Of a stretch of DNA of 59,966 nt, positions 46,296 to 56,420 are shown in pieces (positions within the stretch are counted from its first letter, which is position 1; every line of letters begins with the position of its first letter). The translations under genes were made by a program, and so were the position numbers. Source of the stretch: a virus. Taxonomy: Duplodnaviria > Caudoviricetes. A model generated the notes under the pieces. The model was not told the origin of the DNA. It saw nothing but the letters and a program-made list of their open reading frames with translations, and did no database searches. The DNA lies in IMG/VR virus record IMGVR_UViG_3300046000_004102, positions 1 through 59,966 of that record, one strand, 5' to 3'.

Positions 46296-48830
46296 CTACA
46301 CTAATCTCTTCTCCTTCAACGCCCCCTTAACCTTTTCAATCGCAAAGTCATCCGTTATTCCTTCCTTGACCCAAACTCTGTGCTTCCTATCTGGGTTATA
46401 GACCCTAAAAAACCCACCCTTAATCGGTCTAAATCCCATATCCAACAACACAGACGAAAGCGATCTAGTCTTCGGCACTTCTTCCCCATTTAACAGAGCT
46501 ACGTCATTAAGATGTGTCACATCAATAAACTCATCAGTAATGAGACTATCTTTAAACCTGCTTAACAAATCCTCAACTTCTTGATGAACTTCTGATACAG
46601 CAAGATCGATCATCTGAGATTTAGCTTCAGTCTTCGGTGCTCTTCCAAAAGGCTTAAAAGAACTAGGTAACTTATAGTCCATAAAATACCTAGCAATAGC
46701 ATCAGGTCTCGCCCTAGTCATTGTGAATAGTCTATCAAAATACTCCTCAACCTTCTCAGCACCGCCAAAGTATTCATGCAGTTGTTCGGACGTTTGCAAT
46801 CTCGAATAGACCACACAGTATCGTCTATCCTCATCATCCAGCGGTACAGCATCCTTATGATTAGTCAAAAGTAAGTATGATGTAAAGTTAGGTAGCGTTT
46901 GTACATCTCGACCTTTCTTTTCACAAAGAATCTGATCATTCGTTATATAAGGTTTGATCCTATCCATAATAGCCCAGCGATTCGTCCCACTAATCCTGAT
47001 CTCCTCGACAATGTTCAATATCGCCCCTGTCGCCCAAGAGGTAAACCTCCCTGAGATCGTAGCCGTATCCAACGACTGCACGTTACTACCCAACAGTAGT
47101 GCCATAACATTGCCTATATATGACTTACCCGAACCCTGCGTACCCTGCAATATCAAAGACCAATTCAACCGTTTTCCTGGATTCTGTACCACAAAGATCA
47201 TCCAGTGCAGAACTATCTCCCGCTCTACCTCATTGTCTATCAGGTGCTCTAAATGTTTGAGAAACATCCCAACAACCTCACGACCTTCCGAATCACCATC
47301 ACCGCCCTCCAACCCCTTACAAGGCTTAACGCCATTCTTTCTGTAAGAGTTGAACATACGCTTACCCTCAAACATAACGATCTGCCCAGCTCCAGGCCAG
47401 AAGATCGTATCAACGACTGTGTCTATCTTATAGATCACCAAGCAGAGCTGGGAGGCTTGCATACCAGACGCAACACACTCTTCCATACGATCATACTTAG
47501 CGTTGAATGCCTCACGAGTGATCCCGTAGTTACGCTTAACATTATAAAACAAACGTGTTGCTTCTATGTATATCCACACCGAAGCCCAGTCTGCTACTTC
47601 CCCTTCGTCTCTAACCAATCCTCCATTACTCACCCCTGCTGGAGTAATTGCTTTCTTGATCTCAGCCTTACTCATACCCTTAGCCTTGCCAATCCCTGCA
47701 AACAACTCAGACGCAATTGCTGAACGTAAGTCTGTACCCAACTTAACCGTACTCATACGCAACAGCTTGTCTTTAAAGATGTTATAAGCACCCCAGTCTT
47801 CAATCTCAGACGCCTCGACCAACAGTTCTTCAAAGTCCTCTGAACTTGCAACCATAACACCACGCAGTTCAGCAACTACTGCCTCGTCCAGTCCACCACG
47901 CTCTTTTACAGCATGTTTGACCGAAGCAAAGGTGCGAGGCTTCTCCCGTTGTCCATTGCCAAACCCTTTGTACTTAACCCATAACTCATGTCGATCCTCA
48001 CGCTCACGTTCGAACCCTTCATCATCACATCCGACATTCGACCAATCAAACCATAGCTCAAACCCCTGCTCACTACCTCTATACTGATGATGCAATGCTA
48101 ACCCTACATTAAGCCAATCGTGATACTCAGAACCCAAGGATGGATACGCATCAAGATAGGCAGAAACTTCGTTATCTGATATGTCCAAAGGTTCAGCTGC
48201 GACCACAGCCAACATGCCCTTGACGGCATCTTCAACATCGGCAGAAACATCGGCAGATTCTAAGTCAAAGCCTACATCAACCACACCCGAATCCACACTC
48301 TTAAGCAAAGGCTCAACGTCTAAACATTCACCATCCATTCGCATCGACCATGCATCGTCTAAATTCTTACATCTGGGTGTGTACATAACCTGATTCGGTT
48401 TGAACGAACACGGATCACACTTAATACCTAACTCTGCTACGAACTTCTGCGACAGTTCTCTATACTCAACTGGAGTAACACCACGACTTAACGGTATAAC
48501 TACTCTAACCTTCGCTGCATCCTTTGTATGTGAGTACGTAGAGTACACAACAAAAGCACAGTCCAACCCAAGTATCAAGTCAAACTCTAACTCAGCCTGA
48601 GTCATTTCACTATCATCAATGTCTAGTACGAGCAGAGTTCTCTGTACTAGAAACTCATCCCTACGTACATTGCCACTGAAGTAACCGCCTACAAAGTACC
48701 GCCCAACCTTACTGGGAGAAACCTTATGTGTGGTAAAAGCACTGCATAACTTCTCCCATGTCATCTCTTTGTTTTCACATACGCCCAGATCCACTCCGAC
48801 AGCAATGTGAAATTTCATTGTATTGATCAT
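46296..48830 (-). CDS. Primase-helicase (primase domain + PriCT-2 + SF3/DUF5906 helicase)
   Basis: FVGG, LVLDID, STYSH, RVVIPL; WL.VGLALH; GTQGSGKS Walker A, VEEI, TNH, DRRY. Confidence 0.85.
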   Translation of the reverse strand: MINTMKFHIAVGVDLGVCENKEMTWEKLCSAFTTHKVSPSKVGRYFVGGYFSGNVRRDEFLVQRTLLVLDIDDSEMTQAELEFDLILGLDCAFVVYSTYSHTKDAAKVRVVIPLSRGVTPVEYRELSQKFVAELGIKCDPCSFKPNQVMYTPRCKNLDDAWSMRMDGECLDVEPLLKSVDSGVVDVGFDLESADVSADVEDAVKGMLAVVAAEPLDISDNEVSAYLDAYPSLGSEYHDWLNVGLALHHQYRGSEQGFELWFDWSNVGCDDEGFEREREDRHELWVKYKGFGNGQREKPRTFASVKHAVKERGGLDEAVVAELRGVMVASSEDFEELLVEASEIEDWGAYNIFKDKLLRMSTVKLGTDLRSAIASELFAGIGKAKGMSKAEIKKAITPAGVSNGGLVRDEGEVADWASVWIYIEATRLFYNVKRNYGITREAFNAKYDRMEECVASGMQASQLCLVIYKIDTVVDTIFWPGAGQIVMFEGKRMFNSYRKNGVKPCKGLEGGDGDSEGREVVGMFLKHLEHLIDNEVEREIVLHWMIFVVQNPGKRLNWSLILQGTQGSGKSYIGNVMALLLGSNVQSLDTATISGRFTSWATGAILNIVEEIRISGTNRWAIMDRIKPYITNDQILCEKKGRDVQTLPNFTSYLLLTNHKDAVPLDDEDRRYCVVYSRLQTSEQLHEYFGGAEKVEEYFDRLFTMTRARPDAIARYFMDYKLPSSFKPFGRAPKTEAKSQMIDLAVSEVHQEVEDLLSRFKDSLITDEFIDVTHLNDVALLNGEEVPKTRSLSSVLLDMGFRPIKGGFFRVYNPDRKHRVWVKEGITDDFAIEKVKGALKEKRLV

Positions 48831-48866
48831 AAAAATCCTTCGTCAATTATTAACTGCAACGTCACT

Positions 48867-49052
48867 CTAGTCTGACCATTTTGCCATGATCTCCACTGCC
48901 TTAAACTTTCCACAAGATAACTCTTCAATCTCCATCGCTCTAACTGCGGGTATACCACGCTTGATCCACTGTGATACCGAAGACCTATGTACTAGCATTT
49001 GTTTAGCTAAATTTGCCTTACCGCCAAAATATTTAAAAATTTCATTTCTCAT
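48867..49052 (-). CDS. Cro-like HTH transcriptional regulator
   Basis: FGG...LA..M.V.RSSVSQW...GIP..RA.EIE.LS.G. Confidence 0.85.
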   Translation of the reverse strand: MRNEIFKYFGGKANLAKQMLVHRSSVSQWIKRGIPAVRAMEIEELSCGKFKAVEIMAKWSD

Positions 49053-49081
49053 GTTGTAATTCCCATTGGTTGTGTTAAGAT

Positions 49082-49119
49082 GTTGACACTAGCTTAACAA
49101 AGTTAGTCAACACCGTCAA
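49082..49119 (-). promoter_or_regulatory. Promoter of the cro-primase unit overlapped by an operator
   Basis: Minus strand TTGACG-17-TAAGCT; operator GTTGAC-actag-CTTAAC at 49082-49098. Confidence 0.65.
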
Positions 49120-49138
49120 CAAATAGAAAGGAAATACA

Positions 49139-49537
49139 ATGAGCTTAGAAAAAAGAATCGAGGAACTCACCCTCGCTGTAACCAAACTCACCATCGCAAT
49201 TGGTGAAATATCAAAAGATTTAAATGACGATTTCAATACTTACGAAAAAGCATTGGCTGATAAACAAGCTAGGGACGAAGAAGATAACACACTTGTTGCT
49301 GTAACTCCAAGTGATATAGAAGAAGCACCTAACCTAGATGAGACATCATATGGGGCTTTACGTGAAGAGATTCCAATGTTCTGCAAGGACATCATGGACA
49401 AGAACCGAGATGATAAACCGAAAGTGCAACAGGCTTTTGCTTCATTCAATGGTGCAAAGTCTTTGTCACAAATTTCTGACAAAGAACTCCCTATATTATT
49501 TTCAAAACTAGTCACTATTAAAAAGGAACAAAAATGA
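49139..49537 (+). CDS. Hypothetical protein (APSE-like replication module)
   Basis: MSLE..I..LT.AV N-terminus, GAK.LS.I C-terminus; RBS aagga. Confidence 0.6.
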   Translation: MSLEKRIEELTLAVTKLTIAIGEISKDLNDDFNTYEKALADKQARDEEDNTLVAVTPSDIEEAPNLDETSYGALREEIPMFCKDIMDKNRDDKPKVQQAFASFNGAKSLSQISDKELPILFSKLVTIKKEQK

Positions 49538-49761
49538 TCAATCATGATACACATAGATATACGCCACGCACAATGGCGATACATAAAAAAGGTGAATCAC
49601 CTTGTGCAACCGACGTATATATAGGTATAGAAACAAACGATGAAGGAGCAACACATTACTTTACTATATACTCTGAGGGGAAATATATCCATTTGGATAT
49701 AGAAGAGCTTGCTCAACTCTATCCCGCAGCGATAAACCTATTACATGGAGTACCAGCGTAA
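49534..49761 (+). CDS. Hypothetical protein
   Basis: ORF track; ATGA overlap. Confidence 0.55.
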   Translation: MINHDTHRYTPRTMAIHKKGESPCATDVYIGIETNDEGATHYFTIYSEGKYIHLDIEELAQLYPAAINLLHGVPA

Positions 49762-50888
49762 TGGCAGCACACGCTAAGCTTTCCGCCTCTGGATCGGAGC
49801 GTTGGCTCACCTGTCCGGGCAGTGTGCGAGCAGAAGAGTCTATACCAGACCGAGGTTCATCACCTTTTGCCATGGAAGGCACAGCAGCACACGAACTGGG
49901 AGAGTTATGCTTAATCAATGGGCGTACGGCAAAGAGTTACCTTAATCAGCTATTACCAGAATCAAAATGGCGAGTAGATGATGAAATGGTAGAGCATGTG
50001 CAGACATACATTGATTACGTAGACCAGTTCAAAGGTACACGTATGATCGAACAGCGTGTGGACTTCTCTGAGTACGTACCTGATGGGTTTGGCACAAGCG
50101 ATGGTATTGTTATCGATGGCGATACTATGCACATCATTGACCTTAAGTACGGTAAAGGTGTAAAGGTAGACGCTACAGACAACTCTCAAGGCAAGCTCTA
50201 CGCCATTGGTGCTCTATGCGACTATGGGTTTCTCTATGAGATCAAGACTGTAGTTATACATATAGTCCAACCTCGCATAGATAACATCTCGGTTTGGGAA
50301 ATAAGTGTTGCTGAACTTTTAGAATGGGCTAACTGGGTCAAAGATCGAGCAGCCCTTTGTGCCCAGCCAGATGCGCCTAGAGTAGCTTCAGAGAAAGCTT
50401 GCATGTGGTGTAAGGCCAAGCCAACTTGCCCAGAGTTGATGAGGCTGACTGAAGAAGCTTTGCTTGCAGACTTTGATGATGTTGTTGTTAATGCTAAATC
50501 CCCTGACAAGTTATCTATGCGTGACCTACGCTTTGCTCTAGATAATAAAAAGGTGATCCTCTCTTGGCTTGATGCTGTAGAGAACCTCGCCTTTGAGAAA
50601 CTTAACAACGGGGAGGAGTTCGCAGGCTATAAGCTCGTACATGGTAGATCCTCACGCTCTTGGTCTGATCCCCAACTTGCTGAACAAATGCTTGTAGAGG
50701 AACTAGGTGAAGCAGCGTTTGCACCTAAGAAAATAATAACTGCGCCTCAAGCTGAGAAAGCATTGGGCAAAAAGAAAGCTGGACTACTTGAAGGTCTTAT
50801 CTCTAAACATGAGGGTAAACCGACAATGGTTCCAGAATCTGACAACAGACCAGAGATATCTTCTGGTGATATTAGTGACTTTGATTGA
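49761..50888 (+). CDS. DUF2800 Cas4-like PD-(D/E)XK exonuclease
   Basis: HA.LS.S...RW..CPGS, EGTAAH, FGTSD, IDLKYGKG, Q...YA, C.WC.AK..C. Confidence 0.85.
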   Translation: MAAHAKLSASGSERWLTCPGSVRAEESIPDRGSSPFAMEGTAAHELGELCLINGRTAKSYLNQLLPESKWRVDDEMVEHVQTYIDYVDQFKGTRMIEQRVDFSEYVPDGFGTSDGIVIDGDTMHIIDLKYGKGVKVDATDNSQGKLYAIGALCDYGFLYEIKTVVIHIVQPRIDNISVWEISVAELLEWANWVKDRAALCAQPDAPRVASEKACMWCKAKPTCPELMRLTEEALLADFDDVVVNAKSPDKLSMRDLRFALDNKKVILSWLDAVENLAFEKLNNGEEFAGYKLVHGRSSRSWSDPQLAEQMLVEELGEAAFAPKKIITAPQAEKALGKKKAGLLEGLISKHEGKPTMVPESDNRPEISSGDISDFD

Positions 50889-50898
50889 GGGTAATGTA

Positions 50899-51099
50899 AT
50901 GAAAATAATACAAATAATTGATTCAGGTGGTATTATTTTTGGCTTGTGTGATGAAGGGCAAGTGTGGGAATTAAGCTCCGACCGAAGCCGAATAACACAG
51001 GCACACAACATTTTTTGGGAGCTAGTAAAAATACCACACTTTGTGCGCCGAAATTCAGGTTCGGAAGTTACAGTAATTCAAGATAATTATATAAAATAA
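50899..51099 (+). CDS. Hypothetical protein
   Basis: MKIIQI...IFGLCDEGQVW; RBS gagg. Confidence 0.55.
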   Translation: MKIIQIIDSGGIIFGLCDEGQVWELSSDRSRITQAHNIFWELVKIPHFVRRNSGSEVTVIQDNYIK

Positions 51100-51101
51100 A
51101 T

Positions 51102-51135
51102 TTGACAGGAGAATAAATGTTGACGTATACTTAAC
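51102..51135 (+). promoter_or_regulatory. Promoter of the SSB gene with overlapping operator
   Basis: TTGACA-18-TATACT; operator GTTGAC-gtata-CTTAAC at 51119-51135. Confidence 0.7.
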
Positions 51136-51191
51136 TCGCAGTACAAAAAACCAAAACTAAAATCTAAAATCAAAACCAAAAGGAAAATAAA

Positions 51192-51716
51192 ATGTCTAAA
51201 GTAATTCTTAAAAACGTACGTCTTTCTTTCCCAAGCCTTTTCAAAAAAGGTTCATTTAACGGTGAAGAGACCAAATATGAAAGTACCTTCCTTCTCAACA
51301 AAGAAGAACACGCAGATACAATCGCAGAGATTAAAACTCAGATTGCAGAGTTAATCAAAACAAATCTGAAAGGTGCTAAAGTCCCTGCTGATAAACTTTG
51401 CTTACGTGACGGTGATGAAGTTGAGTATGATGGTTATGCGGGTTGCTTTTCTCTAAAAGCTTCAACTAAGAAACGCCCTATCGTAGTTAATAAAGATAAG
51501 ACACCTTTAGTAGAAGAAGATGGCAAACCTTATGGTGGTTGCTATGTTAATGCTACTGTAGACTTCTGGGTACAGAACAATGCATACGGTAAACGTGTTA
51601 ACTCTACTCTTTTAGCTGTACAATTCTTCAAAGATGGCGAACCATTTGCTGATGGTGCAGTCGGTGATGTTAACGACTTTGATATGTTTGATGACGATGA
51701 TGATATGTTTTCTTAA
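51192..51716 (+). CDS. ssb: Single-stranded DNA-binding protein (DUF2815 / T7 gp2.5-like)
   Basis: VRLSFP.LF, LRDGD, Y.GCYVNA, L.AVQF.KDGE.F; acidic tail DDDDDMFS. Confidence 0.85.
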   Translation: MSKVILKNVRLSFPSLFKKGSFNGEETKYESTFLLNKEEHADTIAEIKTQIAELIKTNLKGAKVPADKLCLRDGDEVEYDGYAGCFSLKASTKKRPIVVNKDKTPLVEEDGKPYGGCYVNATVDFWVQNNAYGKRVNSTLLAVQFFKDGEPFADGAVGDVNDFDMFDDDDDMFS

Positions 51717-51732
51717 GCAATAACTTAAAACT

Positions 51733-51758
51733 AAGGCCTCTTAATTGAGGCCTTTTTT
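51733..51758 (+). terminator. Rho-independent terminator
   Basis: aaggcctc-ttaatt-gaggcctt followed by a T-run. Confidence 0.85.
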
Positions 51759-51794
51759 ATCACTAAAATATGGGCTACCCCCATAGGGACTAAT

Positions 51795-53579
51795 ATGAAA
51801 AAGAAAATAATAATAGATACAGAAGTATACAAAGATTACTTCTTACTTTCTGCAATGGAAGTAGATACAGGCCGAATTATTAACCTAGAAATGTATGAAG
51901 GTCACCCTCTGGATGTAGAGCGTGTTAACGATCTAATGCGTAAGTATATAACTATAGGTTTTAACTCAAACAAATTCGACATACCCATGATCACTGCTGC
52001 AGTAGATGGTTATGATAACGACAAGTTAAAAGGACTTTGCGACAGCATCATCGGATCAAATGCGTCCATGTGGAGCATTTACAAAACCAACAACCTTAAC
52101 ATGCAAGAAGACTGGAACACCATTGATCTTATCGAGGTTGCTCCAGGAATGGTTTCACTTAAAATCTACGGTGGTAGATTAAACGCTCCTACTATTCAAG
52201 ACCTACCCATAGACCCTGACGCATCAATATCGCCAGAGCAACGAGAAGAACTTCGTACATATTGTAAGAACGACTTAGAAACTACAAAACTTCTCTACGA
52301 CTCCCTGCTACCTCAGATCACTCTGCGTGAAAGTATGACCGCAAAGTATGGTATTGATCTACGCTCAAAGTCTGATGCACAGATTGCTGAAGCAGTGCTT
52401 GCGAGTGAACTTACAAAAATAACTAAGAAAGAACTAAGTCGTCCTAATGTAAAACCTACAGACACTTTCAGATACTTAGACCCTGAGATCATCAGGTTCA
52501 AGACTGAGCAACTAGACACAATATTACAGCGAGTTGTTGATCAGAAGTTTACCCTTGGACTCAATGGTGCTCTAACCTTACCTGACTGGTTAAAGAAAGA
52601 AGTCATTGTAATCAACGGTCGCAAGTATCAGATGGGTATCGGTGGGTTACACTCTTGTGAGAAGAGTCAATACATCAACGCACCTGATGACTGGTTCTTA
52701 CAGGATCGAGATGTTGTGTCTTATTATCCAAGCATCATCTTACAGCAACAAGTAGCACCTAAGAACATGGGTAAACCGTTCTTAGAGTTGTACCAAGGTA
52801 TTGTTACTGAACGTATTGCTGCCAAGAAACAAGGTGACAATGTTGTTGCCAACACCCTTAAGATTTTTTTGAACGGCTCATTCGGCAAACTTGGCTCTAA
52901 ATATAGTCTTCTCTATGCTCCAGACCTATTGCTTCAAACAACTATAACAGGGCAGTTAGCTCTGCTCATGCTCATTGAACGCATGGAGGAAGTAGGCATT
53001 CAAATCGTATCTGCTAATACTGATGGTATTGTATGTTATGCTCCAAAAAGCTTAATACATGAGTGTAACGCTGTTGCTTTTGAATGGGAATTAGATACCA
53101 GCTATCAGCTTGAAACAACTGACTACGTCAAACTCGCATCAAGAGACGTCAATAACTACCTCGCTGTAAAGACAGATGGCAAGGTTAAAGGTAAAGGTGT
53201 GTTCGCATCCACAGGTCTAGCTAAGAACCCTGACGGATCTATTGTCAAGAGTGCTGTAGCACTTTGTGTAGCCAAAAACATTCCTGTTGAGAAAACTATT
53301 AAAGAGTGTCAAGACATAACACAGTTCGTAACTGTGCGCAGGGTCACAGGTGGGGCTGTCTGGCAAGATGAGTATCTTGGTAAAGCTGTTAGGTTCTACT
53401 ACTCAACAGAAGTGCCTAAAGATACATGTATTCACTATGCCAAGAACTCAAACAGAGTACCCATGTCTGGAGGTGGCAAACCTTTAATGACTCTACCAGA
53501 TACATTCCCATCGGATGTGGATTACCAAGTGTACGTACAAATGGCGCACGATCTCCTCAAAGAGGTGGGATATGTATGA
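51795..53579 (+). CDS. DNA polymerase, family B, with 3'-5' exonuclease
   Basis: ExoI IDTE, ExoII GFN..FD, ExoIII YC.ND; DVVSYYPS, KI.LNGSFGK, NTDG. Confidence 0.9.
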   Translation: MKKKIIIDTEVYKDYFLLSAMEVDTGRIINLEMYEGHPLDVERVNDLMRKYITIGFNSNKFDIPMITAAVDGYDNDKLKGLCDSIIGSNASMWSIYKTNNLNMQEDWNTIDLIEVAPGMVSLKIYGGRLNAPTIQDLPIDPDASISPEQREELRTYCKNDLETTKLLYDSLLPQITLRESMTAKYGIDLRSKSDAQIAEAVLASELTKITKKELSRPNVKPTDTFRYLDPEIIRFKTEQLDTILQRVVDQKFTLGLNGALTLPDWLKKEVIVINGRKYQMGIGGLHSCEKSQYINAPDDWFLQDRDVVSYYPSIILQQQVAPKNMGKPFLELYQGIVTERIAAKKQGDNVVANTLKIFLNGSFGKLGSKYSLLYAPDLLLQTTITGQLALLMLIERMEEVGIQIVSANTDGIVCYAPKSLIHECNAVAFEWELDTSYQLETTDYVKLASRDVNNYLAVKTDGKVKGKGVFASTGLAKNPDGSIVKSAVALCVAKNIPVEKTIKECQDITQFVTVRRVTGGAVWQDEYLGKAVRFYYSTEVPKDTCIHYAKNSNRVPMSGGGKPLMTLPDTFPSDVDYQVYVQMAHDLLKEVGYV

Positions 53580-53736
53580 CGACATGAGTATAGACGATGC
53601 TTTCTTTTATTATTTTTATTTAGAAGACATGCAAAGAGACATGGGGGATGTCGATTACCATCTACCTGATTACCAAACTTTACAGCAATTTAGAGAACGT
53701 ATGAAACAAAATAGAGACGAGAGATATTATGCTTGA
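53572..53736 (+). CDS. Small hypothetical protein
   Basis: MYDDMSIDDAFF...; RBS gaggt. Confidence 0.45.
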   Translation: MYDDMSIDDAFFYYFYLEDMQRDMGDVDYHLPDYQTLQQFRERMKQNRDERYYA

Positions 53737-53995
53737 GAAAGAAATAGAGAAAGCTTTAATCAAACGAGTTAAAGAACTTGGTGGTATGTGTGAGAAGTTT
53801 GCATCTCCAGGAAGACGCTCAGTGCCTGATCGTATAATCACTCTATTTGATAATACTATTATTTTTGTAGAACTTAAAGCACCTAACAAACACCCGACAG
53901 AAGCTCAACAGTTTGACCATGCTAGACGAAGGTTATACGGCTGTGATGTAAGGGTAATCAATACATTGGAGGACGCTCGTGCATTCACGAAGTGA
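53729..53995 (+). CDS. VRR-NUC domain nuclease
   Basis: E..IE..L, KF.SPG..VPDRI, FVELKAP, Q...H. Confidence 0.9.
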   Translation: MLEKEIEKALIKRVKELGGMCEKFASPGRRSVPDRIITLFDNTIIFVELKAPNKHPTEAQQFDHARRRLYGCDVRVINTLEDARAFTK

Positions 53996-55325
53996 TCTAC
54001 ATAAGTATCAAGAACGAGCTGTTGAGTTTATAAAGGAAAAGAAACGCTGTGCTCTATTTCTTTTTCTAGGCGCAGGTAAAACAACCAGTACTCTAACTGC
54101 TGTATCTGAGTTACAAGATCAGATGTGCGTACATAAAACACTGGTCATAGCTCCACTCCGAGTAGCCAACTCTGTATGGCATAACGAAGTGAAATTATGG
54201 CGACACTTAAAACACATGAAAGTTCAAGTGTGTACAGGTACAGAGCGTGAAAGATTAACAAGTCTTCACCGTGAAGCAGATGTCTATACAATCAATCGTG
54301 AGAATGTACCTTGGCTAGTTAAACAGTACGGTAAGAAATGGCCTTTTGATATGGTCGTAATAGATGAGTCCAGTTCTTTTAAATCAGCAACCAGCCTTAG
54401 ATTTAAAGCTTTAAAAAAGATAATACCTTTTACTAATTATATGGTCTTACTTACAGGCACACCTGCTCCTAATGGTTTGCTCGACCTATGGGCGCAGATG
54501 TATCTTATAGATGGTGGTACGGCAATAGGCCGTACAATGACGGCTTATAAGCAAAGATTCTTTGAAGCTGACTATATGGGGTACAAATATACACCACGAG
54601 CAGGGGCAGATGTACTTATTCATAATGCTATAGCGCATATGGTATTGTCTATGAAAGGTGAGGACTATCTTGAGCTACCTGAACGTATAGATCTGACTGA
54701 GTTTGTAGATATACCCACTGCTGCAAAAGATGCTTATGATGCTTTTGAAAAAGAATTGTTATTAGAGTTGGAATCTGGGGAAATCGTTGAAGCACTCTCT
54801 GCAGGTGTACTTGCAAATAAACTCTTACAGTACGCTAACGGAGCTATTTATACAGATGAGCATAAGAATTGGGCAGAAGTACATTCGGTTAAATTAGATA
54901 CCCTACACGAGCTTATAGAGCAGAATGAGGGCGAGAGTATTCTTGTGGCTTATAACTTTAAAACTGACCTTGAACGCCTAAAGAAACGCTTTCCTAAAGC
55001 TCAAGTATTGGATCAGAATCCAAACACCATTACACGTTGGAATGCAGGTGAGATACCTTTACTCTTAGCTCATCCGCAGTCAGCCGGGCACGGTCTTAAC
55101 CTGCAGCATGGTGGCTGTCTAGCTGTGTGGTTTGGCCTTAACTGGAACCTAGAGTATTACAAACAATTTAATGCTCGTCTATATAGACAGGGTCAGGAAA
55201 AACCTGTTCGAATTATTCATATTGTCGCAAGAGATACTGTAGATGATCGTGTAATATCCGCACTCGCTGCCAAAGATGCAACCCAAGAAGACTTGCTTAA
55301 AGCTTTGAAATACAAAGAGATTTAA
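53979..55325 (+). CDS. SNF2-family helicase
   Basis: YQ, G.GKT, DESS, LTGTP, GHGLNLQ, Q.NARL.RQGQ. Confidence 0.9.
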   Translation: MHSRSDLHKYQERAVEFIKEKKRCALFLFLGAGKTTSTLTAVSELQDQMCVHKTLVIAPLRVANSVWHNEVKLWRHLKHMKVQVCTGTERERLTSLHREADVYTINRENVPWLVKQYGKKWPFDMVVIDESSSFKSATSLRFKALKKIIPFTNYMVLLTGTPAPNGLLDLWAQMYLIDGGTAIGRTMTAYKQRFFEADYMGYKYTPRAGADVLIHNAIAHMVLSMKGEDYLELPERIDLTEFVDIPTAAKDAYDAFEKELLLELESGEIVEALSAGVLANKLLQYANGAIYTDEHKNWAEVHSVKLDTLHELIEQNEGESILVAYNFKTDLERLKKRFPKAQVLDQNPNTITRWNAGEIPLLLAHPQSAGHGLNLQHGGCLAVWFGLNWNLEYYKQFNARLYRQGQEKPVRIIHIVARDTVDDRVISALAAKDATQEDLLKALKYKEI

Positions 55326-55330
55326 TATTT

Positions 55331-55383
55331 GTTTACATAATGTAAATATTATTTGTTTACATTATGTAAATCTTCTGTATAAT
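55331..55383 (+). promoter_or_regulatory. Tandem operators plus promoter
   Basis: GTTTAC-ataat-GTAAAT (55331-47) and GTTTAC-attat-GTAAAT (55355-71); TTTACA-16-TATAAT. Confidence 0.7.
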
Positions 55384-55389
55384 TCTTTA

Positions 55390-55548
55390 GCAACAGAGAG
55401 ATTTCTTTGTGTGGATACCCTATCGGATGTTGGGGATAATAAACACCGAGAATACAAGTGTGGAGCCTTATTGAGTTTATATCCGATCTGCATGTTGTAT
55501 TTACGATCACAACGCCCGTCTGTGATTCCAGATAAACGTAACTGGAAC
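55390..55548 (+). ncRNA. Candidate structured RNA / long 5' leader
   Basis: Five consecutive hairpins and a possible loop-loop pairing (tcggatgt with atatccga); no ORF. Confidence 0.4.
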
Positions 55549-55577
55549 TTTATTACTTATCTCAACGAGGAATACAA

Positions 55578-55835
55578 ATGAAAAAATTAATCATATTACT
55601 GGCGATATCAACATCCGCTCTAGCTGTTGAAGAAGGGGATTACGGTTATGGTCATACCTATCATGGGTACAATTCATTAGAGCAACAACAAGAAGCGCAA
55701 CATAATCAATACATGCTACAGCAAACAGAACGTATCATTGTAGATAACGCTGTCAATGAAAGATTGAATGGTGGGCAAGAGCCTTTGTTTAGAGATATGT
55801 ATGGTGATATGACTAGACTACAAGGTATAGAATAA
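55578..55835 (+). CDS. Small secreted/periplasmic protein
   Basis: Sec signal MKKLIILLAISTSALA; RBS gagga. Confidence 0.65.
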   Translation: MKKLIILLAISTSALAVEEGDYGYGHTYHGYNSLEQQQEAQHNQYMLQQTERIIVDNAVNERLNGGQEPLFRDMYGDMTRLQGIE

Positions 55836-55904
55836 AAAAAAGGCTCCTTTTTTAAGGGAGCCCAATGCCCAACGAGCGCAATCAATACAACGAGGAGTAA
55901 TACA

Positions 55905-56420
55905 ATGAGACTACAAAATATCATAACTCAACAAAGATTACAAGAATTATTATCTTACGATCCAGAAACGGGACTTTTTATTAATCTTACGCAAAGAAGC
56001 AATAGGATTAAAACAGGTTCTGTTGCTGGGCATAAACGACAAGATGGATATATTAAAATCATGCTTGATGGTAAATTATATCTTGCGCATAGATTAGCTT
56101 GGTTATATATCTATGGGGAATTTCCAAAAAAAGGATTAGATCATGTTGATGAAAATCCAAGTAATAATCGTATAAGTAATTTACGATTAGCTACCCATCA
56201 AGAAAATAGTCACAATCAATCAAGCCCTCGAACGGATAACACGTCGGGCTTCAGGGGTGTCAGTTGGAGTAAGCGGCATCAAAAATGGACGGCGCGTATA
56301 AAACTCAACGAAAAATATAAAAACTTAGGCTATTTCAATACAGCAGAGCAAGCATCTGAAGCGCATCTTAAAGCTAAAAGAGAGAACCACCCGTTTTGGG
56401 TCGAGGATAAAGTCGCATGA
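55905..56420 (+). CDS. HNH endonuclease with AP2 domain
   Basis: YDPETG, AHRLAW, DH.D....NN...NLR; NTSG.RGV.W....W.A.I...LG.F.T.E.A. Confidence 0.9.
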   Translation: MRLQNIITQQRLQELLSYDPETGLFINLTQRSNRIKTGSVAGHKRQDGYIKIMLDGKLYLAHRLAWLYIYGEFPKKGLDHVDENPSNNRISNLRLATHQENSHNQSSPRTDNTSGFRGVSWSKRHQKWTARIKLNEKYKNLGYFNTAEQASEAHLKAKRENHPFWVEDKVA

